Below, one piece after another: positions 54,004 to 64,000 of a stretch of DNA of 64,000 bases. Position 1 is the first letter of the stretch; each line of letters begins with the position of its first letter. The notes under the pieces are model-generated. The model was not told the DNA's origin and did not search any database. It saw only the letters and a list, made by a program, of their open reading frames with translations. A program made the position numbers and the translations under genes. This stretch comes from an uncultured Methanomassiliicoccales archaeon (GTDB lineage: Archaea; Thermoplasmatota; Thermoplasmata; Methanomassiliicoccales; UBA472): the NCBI GenBank assembly GCA_963695345.1, contig OY968769.1:2112001-2176000 (forward strand), given 5' to 3'.

Positions 54004-55875
54004 TCAGAAGTAATACCATATGCTCCGGTAGTCGTCCAGTTCCTCTCCCCTATCCCTCAATCTCAAGAGGTAGTCTAGTATCGGGACGTCGGCATAGACG
54101 TAGGTAGGCGCGTTGCTGATGTTCTTCTCCCATGGGTGGAACTCGTAGATGCGTTCCCCATGGGGAGAGATGGCGATCAGGTCATGATGCTGCCAGGAAC
54201 GCAGGTAGTTCTTGCCCAGGGCGGGAATGTTGAAGACCGGTTCATCCGTCCTCGACAGGCCCGGGAGCATCCTGGCCTCTTCCTTCCTTTCCTGCAGTAT
54301 CCTGGCGATGGGCACCCGGTACCAGTTGGTCTCCTTCTTGCCCTTGGTGTTGAACGTATAGTAGGGGTCCACCCCGATCTGCTTGAGCAGCAATCTCAGG
54401 GCGGACGTCTCGAACTTTCTGCTGTTCTCCATGGTGAACACCTGCTGGTTGTAGACGCCGATGCCCTGCATCCTCAGCTTCTGGATCGCCTTGACCATCT
54501 CCGGGGTCACCTCGTAGGTGTGTTCGACGTGGGTCACGATGCAGAGGTCCTTATCGGGCGGGGAATGGAATTTGCCGATGGCCGCCACCATCTCGTCGGT
54601 GAACCTCATGGGAAGGACCACCGGCAACCGGGTGCCTATCCTGATCCTCCTGACATGCTCGATCTCCGATAATCGCCGCAGGAGGTCGACAAGCACCTCG
54701 TCGCCCATCAGGGCCGGGTCCCCTCCCGTCACCAGGACCTCGGATACCATGGGGTGGGACCTGAACCAGTCGAGCGCCTTGGATATGGAGTCGGGGGAGG
54801 CCATTGCCTTAGGGTCGGCTATGCCGCCTATCTCCCAGTTCCTTTGGCAATAGACGCATATCTGGGCGCAGGCGTTGAACGGTTTCAGGATGGCGATCAT
54901 CGGATATCTCCTGGTCACCAGGTCCACCGGGGAGGTATGGCCTTCCTGCATGAAGTCAAGGTGCTTCGCCCCCATGGATTTCGTTTCCAGTATCCCGCTC
55001 ACGTAGCTCAGGGGCGGGATGACCTGCGCCCTGACCGCATGATCGAATCGGCGCGAGGCGTCCTGATCGAACAGGGACAGGTAATAGGGGGTGATCCCGA
55101 ACGGCAGTCCATGCATGTTCGCCAGTTCGATGGCCGCGCCTTCCTCGTTGGAGAGGTTCACGATCTGTGAGATCGAGTGGGCATCCTTGAACACATTCCT
55201 CTGTTGCCATCGGTGGTCCTCCCAGTCCGATGGTTCCGCCCCTAGGCGTTCCAGTATCCGGTCCCGGTTCTCCTCCCTCATGGCCTTCACCTGTGGGTCA
55301 AGTCCGGATCGGTACGAGGCGATCCTTTTCATGCATTTCTCGGCCATTATGTCTAGGTAGTCCGACCTGACGACGGCCCCTTCCCTGCCACCATAGCTGA
55401 GGAAGGCGGGGGCCGATTCACGGTAGATGTCGGAGAGGCCCAGGGACCCTTTGTCTATGTAATAGAAATCGGCGTATGCCGATCGGCGTTTCTCCCTTAT
55501 CCTCCCGGGATGGTCCCGTATGATATCGACCAGTGTCTCCAGCGTGCTGACATGGGACACGACCTCGTTCCGCCGCGAGAACATGTTCTTCAGGACACCT
55601 ATGCAGTTCATGGCGTTCGACCGTTCCAGGGTCTCTAGGTCGCAGGCGTCCGAGAACAGGAACATTTCCCTTTTATACAGGATCGAGAAGATGTTTTGCC
55701 TCACGGTTTCGAGACTCTCGGCTGATGAGAGCTCGCGGTACATCTCAGGGTCCAGTTTCCTCAGATGGTCCGAGTGCGTTATCTCGAGCGGGGAAACACC
55801 CCTGTTACCCGCCCTCACATCCTCTTCATAGCCTGTCCTACTGTCCATTATGCTGATCGTTTCTTGACTGCTCAT
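54004..55875 (-). CDS. KamA-family radical SAM aminomutase, long form (glutamate 2,3-aminomutase-like residues)
   Basis: PFGITPYY, VTRRYP, CAQICVYCQR, VLVTGGDP, RIRIGTR.PV..PMR, NQQV, PYYTFNTK, VFNIPALGK. Confidence 0.9.
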   Translation of the reverse strand: MSSQETISIMDSRTGYEEDVRAGNRGVSPLEITHSDHLRKLDPEMYRELSSAESLETVRQNIFSILYKREMFLFSDACDLETLERSNAMNCIGVLKNMFSRRNEVVSHVSTLETLVDIIRDHPGRIREKRRSAYADFYYIDKGSLGLSDIYRESAPAFLSYGGREGAVVRSDYLDIMAEKCMKRIASYRSGLDPQVKAMREENRDRILERLGAEPSDWEDHRWQQRNVFKDAHSISQIVNLSNEEGAAIELANMHGLPFGITPYYLSLFDQDASRRFDHAVRAQVIPPLSYVSGILETKSMGAKHLDFMQEGHTSPVDLVTRRYPMIAILKPFNACAQICVYCQRNWEIGGIADPKAMASPDSISKALDWFRSHPMVSEVLVTGGDPALMGDEVLVDLLRRLSEIEHVRRIRIGTRLPVVLPMRFTDEMVAAIGKFHSPPDKDLCIVTHVEHTYEVTPEMVKAIQKLRMQGIGVYNQQVFTMENSRKFETSALRLLLKQIGVDPYYTFNTKGKKETNWYRVPIARILQERKEEARMLPGLSRTDEPVFNIPALGKNYLRSWQHHDLIAISPHGERIYEFHPWEKNISNAPTYVYADVPILDYLLRLRDRGEELDDYRSIWYYF

Positions 55876-56199
55876 AATAACCCATCCTTTGCTGCGATAA
55901 TGTCTCACCGACCCCCCCATTTTGAGCAGAAGCGGGTACCGGTGAAAGTATCAGAATTAATACGTTTTCAATGCTATTTACACTCTTGCATCACAGGGGA
56001 AATATTTCACCATCTGGATGCCAATATTTTGCATACTTTTTTTGCATAATATTTAGGTATCTCGATGCATCGTTTTTCATCAAACTATCAATGCCGATAC
56101 TTCATTCGAATTAACGTTTTATTATTTATAGTAGAGTATTTTTTATCGAGAAACCCTTCTTTCGGTTAATAAGATGCCCACTCTGTAGGTCAACGAAAG

Positions 56200-56580
56200 C
56201 GGTCACCAATGATGGAGGAGCGTGATCGATCCCCTGATCGGATGGGCGGTAGGACACGGCCGTCGATCAGATGAACATGCAAGCAGACTGGGAGCCGACA
56301 TCGCCCTCTCCGATGCCGGAAGCTTCCGAGTCCCGAGAAACGGTGCCCGATGTCTTGGGTCAGAATTCCAAGGGAAGGACACCTTAGGGTCAGACCCGCG
56401 TGGCAAGATGATCAAGAGTACCGAAATGGCCGAAGGCTGAGGCCCTCCCCTTAGCCTCCAATACACCGACTTGAAGCGACTGACCCTTGTTGCCTCATCC
56501 CCCCTCCAAGTAATCCGGAGCGATAACGATGGTGAAAAGGATTTAATCGCCCGGATTCCTTGAGGCATTCAAGGACAGGT
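56200..56580 (+). ncRNA. Putative structured 5' leader / ncRNA upstream of the Ach-GNAT gene
   Basis: Five consecutive stem-loops identified by eye, no credible ORF, AT-rich promoter-like tract at 56115-56146. Confidence 0.4.
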
Positions 56581-56587
56581 CCTAGGG

Positions 56588-58453
56588 ATGACGAAAGACC
56601 GGCTCAAGGTCTACGGAAAAAAGGTCACCACGGCGGAAGACGCAGTCCGCTCCATAGGTCGGGGCAAGACCATATTCATCGGCACCGGGTGCGGGGAACC
56701 GCAGGCGCTGGTGATGGCGCTCATCGCCGAGTCCGAGAACCTGGGGGACAATGAGATCGTCCAGACCCTGTCGCTTGGACTGATGCCTTACAACGAAGAA
56801 CGGTTCAACGATCGTTTCCGCCTCAACGCATTCTTCATTGGGCCCAATGTACGATACGCCGTCAATGACGGCAGGGCGGACTACACCCCGGTCAACCTGT
56901 CGCAGATCGAGAGGATGTTCGAATCCGGCAAGGTGGTCATCGACGTGGCGTTGATCCAGGTATCACCTCCCGACGCCAACGGGGACTGTTCATTGGGCGT
57001 TTCCGTGGACATTACCAAGTCGGCCGCCGAGAATGCCGACATGGTGATCGCCCAGGTCAATCACAACATGCCCCGAACGCACGGGGATTCTCTCATCAAC
57101 ATATCCGAGATCGACCATGTGGTGGAGATCGATGAACCGATCTTCGAATGGAGGCCAGAGCGGGAGGAGAAGATGGAGGTCCTTACCAAGCTGGGCAAAT
57201 ACCTGTCTGACCTGGTGCCGGATGGAGCCACGCTGCAGATCGGTTACGGTTCCACCCCGGACGCGGCCATCAAGTATCTGGCCAAGAAGAAGGACCTGGG
57301 CGTTCACACCGAACTGCTCTCGGATGGATTGGTCACTCTCATCGAATCCGGGGCGGTCAACGGTTCGAGAAAGACCCTGGACAGCGGCAAGGTGGTGGCA
57401 TCCTTCGTCATGGGCACGCAGCGTGTCTACGATTTCATCAACGACAATCCGATGGTCGAGATGCGCCAGTCGTCGTACACGAACGATCCGTGCATCATCG
57501 GAAGACAGGACAACATGATCTCGATCAATTCCGCGCTGCAGGTCGACCTCACCGGTCAGGTCTGCGCCGATCAGTTGGGAAACAAGTTCTTCTCCGGTCT
57601 GGGAGGCCATGTGGATTTCATGCGAGGGGCGGCACGTTCGAAGGGCGGAAAGCCGATCATCGCCATGCCGTCGACGGCCCGGGACGGGTCGGTGTCTCGC
57701 ATAATGACCACCCTGGACCCGGGCTCGGCGGTCACCACCACCAGGGGCGATGTGCACTATATCGTGACCGAATACGGCATCGCCGAACTGCATGGCAAGA
57801 GCATCTCGCAGAGGGCGATCGCGCTCATATCGATAGCCCACCCGAAGTTCCGCCCACAGCTTCTGGCACATGCAAAATCGCTCGGTTATGTGTTCAAGGA
57901 CGTCTCGGGAATGATGTTCACCGGAACGATCTACCCGGAGCAGTACGAGGCCGTCCTGATGATGAAAGGCGTCGAGGTCTACTTCCGCCCGGCAAAACTG
58001 ACCGATGAGGCGATGATCAAGGAGATGTTCTACTCTCTATCCGAGGCGACCATGTACCAGCGTTACATGGGGCCGAAGAAGCAGATGCCCCACAAGGAGA
58101 TCCAGCGTCTCATCGACATCGACTACGAGGGGACCATGACGGTCATCGCCATGGAAAAGGACTCTGACCATTTCCACGTGATCGGCATGGCGTCCTACGA
58201 CACGGACAAGGCCAGCAACACCGCCGAGGTGGCATTCGTGGTGGTCGACCGCTGGCAGAACAAAGGCATAGGCATGCAGTTCATGGACATGCTGATCAAG
58301 ATCGCCAAGGACAAAGGGGTGAGGGCATTCACTGCCGAACTGCTGTCGGAGAACTTCCGCATGCTCGACATGTTCTATCGCACCGGGCTCAAGGTCGAGG
58401 CGAGATTGGTCGAGGATACCTACATGGTCAACATGGACCTTTGGTCAAAGTGA
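56588..58453 (+). CDS. Acetyl-CoA hydrolase/CoA-transferase fused to a Pat-like GNAT acetyltransferase
   Basis: DVALIQVSPPD, DGATLQIGYG, LGVHTE, NSALQVDLTGQV, SGLGGHVDF.RGA; C-terminal AEVAFVV.DRWQNKGIG..F.A..L.EN..M. Confidence 0.92.
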   Translation: MTKDRLKVYGKKVTTAEDAVRSIGRGKTIFIGTGCGEPQALVMALIAESENLGDNEIVQTLSLGLMPYNEERFNDRFRLNAFFIGPNVRYAVNDGRADYTPVNLSQIERMFESGKVVIDVALIQVSPPDANGDCSLGVSVDITKSAAENADMVIAQVNHNMPRTHGDSLINISEIDHVVEIDEPIFEWRPEREEKMEVLTKLGKYLSDLVPDGATLQIGYGSTPDAAIKYLAKKKDLGVHTELLSDGLVTLIESGAVNGSRKTLDSGKVVASFVMGTQRVYDFINDNPMVEMRQSSYTNDPCIIGRQDNMISINSALQVDLTGQVCADQLGNKFFSGLGGHVDFMRGAARSKGGKPIIAMPSTARDGSVSRIMTTLDPGSAVTTTRGDVHYIVTEYGIAELHGKSISQRAIALISIAHPKFRPQLLAHAKSLGYVFKDVSGMMFTGTIYPEQYEAVLMMKGVEVYFRPAKLTDEAMIKEMFYSLSEATMYQRYMGPKKQMPHKEIQRLIDIDYEGTMTVIAMEKDSDHFHVIGMASYDTDKASNTAEVAFVVVDRWQNKGIGMQFMDMLIKIAKDKGVRAFTAELLSENFRMLDMFYRTGLKVEARLVEDTYMVNMDLWSK

Positions 58454-58693
58454 CCGTCGAAGGTTTTATAGCGGCCAGGAAGGGGTTCAAGGATTGATCT
58501 CAGGGGGACGTGTCGTCATCCATTTTCAGGAATCCTACAAGAAGTGTCTACAGATGGAAAAAACCTGGCGGAGGGGATGTCCCTCCTAATAGGTTTGGAA
58601 ATTATTAGGGGGGCCAAAGGTGGTTCCTTCGGCGTCCCTCGCAGGACGAACCAATATTTCATAATTATTGGCTCATCCTACGGACTTTCGGAA

Positions 58694-60673
<1,980 letters not shown>

Positions 60674-61167
60674 CCCTTTTCCTCCGGGGTTAGGCCGCTT
60701 CCCTGGGGACTGTCAACTAAACAAATCCCTAATTCGAAAGCACGCCGAGCCCATTCAGGTCCACAGACATAATTAAATCTTTCGAGAACACCCGACGATA
60801 ATTGACGAATTCATAAGATAATATGTGGTAATGCGTACGGTCAATACGGTATTCGTATCAATATCTTACAATCAGTTGTGCCTTCCGCATTATTGCATGG
60901 TTTTTCTGGGAACACCGCATATTTCATCGAACCACCGGCATTTTCATTGTCCGGTCGAGGCGCTCTGTATGACATGGTTATACTGATCAGACATGAGAGT
61001 GCCACGAAATATCTTGCTGATCGACTGACGATTGCAAACTTAACCTTGGAAATGACAAATATCGGCTGGCATGGTCCAAGATGGCTAAGAGCCCAGTAAG
61101 GAACATATCGGGGCGGCAATCCAGAGACAATTTCCGTTGCCGCACACATCATGATCTGGAAAAGACG

Positions 61168-61232
61168 TGATCAAAGGGAGATAGCCCTTCCCGGATAAAG
61201 TTCGGGAAGGGAAAATGCATTCTCCCTGATCA
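61168..61232. terminator. Strong hairpin downstream of the wHTH gene
   Basis: TGATCA-AA-GGGAGA..CCCTTCCCG-N9-CGGGAAGGG..TCTCCC-TGATCA. Confidence 0.45.
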
Positions 61233-61247
61233 AACCCCACCCATCGC

Positions 61248-61610
61248 TCACGCAGGCTGCTTTGCCATCTCCAGGAATGCCGACATGTCTATATCATACG
61301 ACGCGTCCTGGGTCGTACCGTCGATCATCTCGATCTTGGCCCTGATCTTGTTCCTTTCGAACACTATCTGGGCGTTCCTAACGTTCGACTTGTACATGCT
61401 GATCCTTTTCCCTGCCTGGGTAAGCCTTCTTTCCGCGCAGAACATCAGGCCAGAATCTTCTAGCAGCTTGATCTTGCGGTAGCAAGCGGCGATCGGTATT
61501 CCGAGCTTGTCACTGAGTTCGAATGCGCTTTTTGGCTTTCCCATTGTAGCAAGGAGTATCTTTGCAGAGTACTCCTCCGTCAATAACCTCGATGTTTCGA
61601 GAGCGTGCAT
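61248..61610 (-). CDS. Winged-helix (ArsR-like) transcriptional regulator
   Basis: EYSAKILLAT..KPKSAFELSDKLGIPIAACYRKIKLLEDSGL. Confidence 0.88.
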   Translation of the reverse strand: MHALETSRLLTEEYSAKILLATMGKPKSAFELSDKLGIPIAACYRKIKLLEDSGLMFCAERRLTQAGKRISMYKSNVRNAQIVFERNKIRAKIEMIDGTTQDASYDIDMSAFLEMAKQPA

Positions 61611-62003
61611 TTTCCGACACCTAGGGAAAGGACGCCATTTTTGGGTATATAATGCAAATTGGGCGGCTATCACTATTGATTTCAGTATTTTTAGGGTAGC
61701 CAGTAGGTGAAATTTTAATCAGAAGCAATCATTCCGGGATGTGAAATTAAATGATTCCGACTCTTGATAATGTTCCAATTATTGGATTTCATCGCCAATC
61801 GAGGTCCACTAATAGAAATAGATATTGAAGACAAGTTCGTTTTTCGGCCAACTACCGTTGCGCAGGCGATCTCATCGTTCTCATCGATTCGGATGTGTGG
61901 AATGAGTCACGGAAACGAGCATAATTGTTTTTATTCGTTTTCGGTTTCAATATTATATCACGTTTTGACGTATCGGCGTCAGGGAACCAGGGTCCTGAGG
62001 AAG

Positions 62004-64000
62004 ATGCCTGAGAACAAAGGGTCGAAATGGAAGGATAGGTCCGGCCTGGCCGTCGTTGGGGTTTGGATAACCCTGTTCATCTTACTGCTCCTGTTCAAGG
62101 TGAGGTCACCGGTCATCGATGACCCACAACTGCAATTCGCTCTGCACCTGGTGTTCATACTGGGAGTAGGGATCGTCATCGGGGCGTTATCATCAAAGAG
62201 CTATCTAGAATCAGGACCGCTGAACATTCTGTTCTTGGGGGCCTCCCTGCTCGTGTACGGCGTGGTCACGACGATCTCGGAGTTCATCCGGGCCACCGGT
62301 GGCACCAGCTATGCGGCGATCGGGAACCTGGGTGTTTTCCTGTCAACCTTCTTGATGTTTGGTGGCGCGGTCCTGACATTGTTGGGGACAATATCGTACA
62401 GACGATCCGACCGGAGGTTCATCCTGTCATCCCTCTACACGATTTCTGCCCTGGCCATTATCATAATCATCCTTATCGCCGAAGTGTTCGTGCGTCCCTA
62501 TTTCCTCTCTCAAACCGATTCGTCGGCCCTGCGCCAAGGGATCCTGTTGGTAGCGTTTCTTTTCGTCCTTTTCAGCTGCGCTATCATCGGGAGGAGGTAT
62601 ATGCAGACAAGATCATCGGTCCTGTATTGGTTCGTGCTAGCCCTCGCCCTATTGGTGGTGGCCCTGATCAGTGCGGTTTTCTTCCAGCAGCAGGGCGACC
62701 CGATGTACTGGACCTCAAGAACGTCCCAGTATCTGTCCGGCATCTTCTTCCTGATAGCGATCCGCAGCGTAGTCACCGAAGAGGATACTGATGCCAGTCT
62801 GCCTGAGAAATACGGTGAGGCATTTGGGAGCGACATCGAGCAGACCGCCGTGCTGTTCAAGAACATGTTCAACTCCTTTGCTTTCCACCGGATCGTAACC
62901 GATAATGCCGGAAAACCGGTCGACTACATTTTTCTGGATGTGAATGACGCATTCGAAAAAAGTACTGGAATCAAGAGGGAAGAGGCAATCGGAAGACGGG
63001 TGACCGAGGTCATCCCCGGCATAGCGAAGGACCCGACCGACTGGATAGGGATCTATGGACGGGTAGCTCTTCAAGGGGAATCGGTCCAATTCGAGAACCA
63101 CGATCCGGCGTTCGGGAAATGGTTCCGGATATCGGCCTATAGCCCCAGGAAGCGGTATTTCATAACCATCTTCGATGACATCACCGAAAGGAGGGAAGCG
63201 GAATTCGCATTGCTCGAGAATGAGCAGCGCCTGCGCTCCCATGTCGAGAACACGCCCATGGCGGTCGTGGAATGGGACTCGGATTTCAAGGTCACCCGCT
63301 GGGCAGGCGAGGCCGAGAGCATCTTCGGCTGGTCCGCATCCGAGGCGGTCGGCAAACCGGTCATGGACCTGAACATGATCTATGAGCCAGACATTTCCAT
63401 CGTTAACGCGACCATCGCCAAACTCACCGATGGGTTGAGCAAGAAGGTCGTCTCCACCAACAGGAATGTCACCAGGGACGGACGGATCATCACCTGCACC
63501 TGGTACAATTCGGCCCTTATGGACGAAAAGGGGAGGACGACGTCGGTCCTTTCAATGGTGCTTGATATCTCCGCCAGGGTCCAAGCCGAGAAGGAACTGA
63601 AGGACAACGCCGATCGGCTGGCAATAAGTAACGCGGAACTTCAGCAATTCGCCTATGTCGCCTCGCATGACCTGCAGGAGCCTCTCAGGATGGTGGTCAG
63701 CTACCTTACGCTCCTGGAAAGGAAGTACAATGATGCTATGGAACCGAATGCCCGGGAATACATTAAGAACGCCGTGGAGGGCGGGGAAAGGATGCGGGCG
63801 CTGATCGACGCCCTTCTCGCCTATTCACGTCTGGACACGAAGGGTGAGGAGTTCCAGAAGGTCGATATGGGCGAGGTGGTCGATAAGGTGATCATGAATC
63901 TCAAGGTCCTTATCGAAGAAACGAAATCTGAAATAGTCATCGTTCCCATGCCAATCATAACAGCGGATGAATCACAGATGGTCCAGCTCTTGCAGAACCT
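62004..64000 (+). CDS. Membrane sensor histidine kinase (multi-TM + 2 PAS + HisKA), truncated by window end
   Basis: Manual translation from ATG 62004: hydrophobic N-terminal helices, DYIFLDVNDAFE PAS, ENTPMAVVEWD PAS, QFAYVASHDLQEPLRMV H-box. Confidence 0.9.
   Translation, partial: MPENKGSKWKDRSGLAVVGVWITLFILLLLFKVRSPVIDDPQLQFALHLVFILGVGIVIGALSSKSYLESGPLNILFLGASLLVYGVVTTISEFIRATGGTSYAAIGNLGVFLSTFLMFGGAVLTLLGTISYRRSDRRFILSSLYTISALAIIIIILIAEVFVRPYFLSQTDSSALRQGILLVAFLFVLFSCAIIGRRYMQTRSSVLYWFVLALALLVVALISAVFFQQQGDPMYWTSRTSQYLSGIFFLIAIRSVVTEEDTDASLPEKYGEAFGSDIEQTAVLFKNMFNSFAFHRIVTDNAGKPVDYIFLDVNDAFEKSTGIKREEAIGRRVTEVIPGIAKDPTDWIGIYGRVALQGESVQFENHDPAFGKWFRISAYSPRKRYFITIFDDITERREAEFALLENEQRLRSHVENTPMAVVEWDSDFKVTRWAGEAESIFGWSASEAVGKPVMDLNMIYEPDISIVNATIAKLTDGLSKKVVSTNRNVTRDGRIITCTWYNSALMDEKGRTTSVLSMVLDISARVQAEKELKDNADRLAISNAELQQFAYVASHDLQEPLRMVVSYLTLLERKYNDAMEPNAREYIKNAVEGGERMRALIDALLAYSRLDTKGEEFQKVDMGEVVDKVIMNLKVLIEETKSEIVIVPMPIITADESQMVQLLQN

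Noticed and set aside
56200-56580. RNase P or SRP RNA identity for the structured leader
   Set aside because: No GAGGAAAGUCC-type P4 motif or SRP helix-8 motif seen on either strand.

Overview
GC-rich archaeal chromosome segment, most likely from a Methanomassiliicoccales methanogen. This is an inference from cfbE, an HdrA-like gene, archaeal TATA boxes and an archaeal-style cbi/hem/trp gene set; no rRNA marker is present. In order: (1) a surface-glycan locus with CDP-3,6-dideoxyhexose genes rfbF/G/H, a divergent NAD-dependent reductase and TPP enzyme, GT4, GT2 and a flippase, with an ATP-cone/nuclease gene inside it; (2) sufCB (SMS-type) and a ferredoxin-less HdrA-like flavoprotein; (3) cfbE and an intact IS1634-type transposase whose catalytic DDE residues all appear substituted; (4) a tetrapyrrole/metal cluster: btuFCD, cbiTLFGHCDEX-MN-Q-O, sirC-hemABLC-cobA-hemD, nikMN-Q-O; (5) trpEGDCFBA; (6) Isf, a 28-aa-repeat surface fibre protein, a PRC-barrel protein and an APC permease; (7) a long KamA-family radical SAM enzyme with glutamate-2,3-aminomutase-type residues, a densely base-paired ~370-nt leader, an acetyl-CoA hydrolase/GNAT fusion convergent with acs, a wHTH regulator and a PAS histidine kinase running off the end. 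About a dozen housekeeping genes carry 1-2 nt indels, mostly in short homopolymers, best read as sequencing errors. Top leads: the domesticated catalytically dead transposase, the Ach-GNAT/acs module with its structured leader, the putative beta-glutamate aminomutase, the yersiniose-like branched-sugar pathway and the palindromic operators of the cbi and nik operons.
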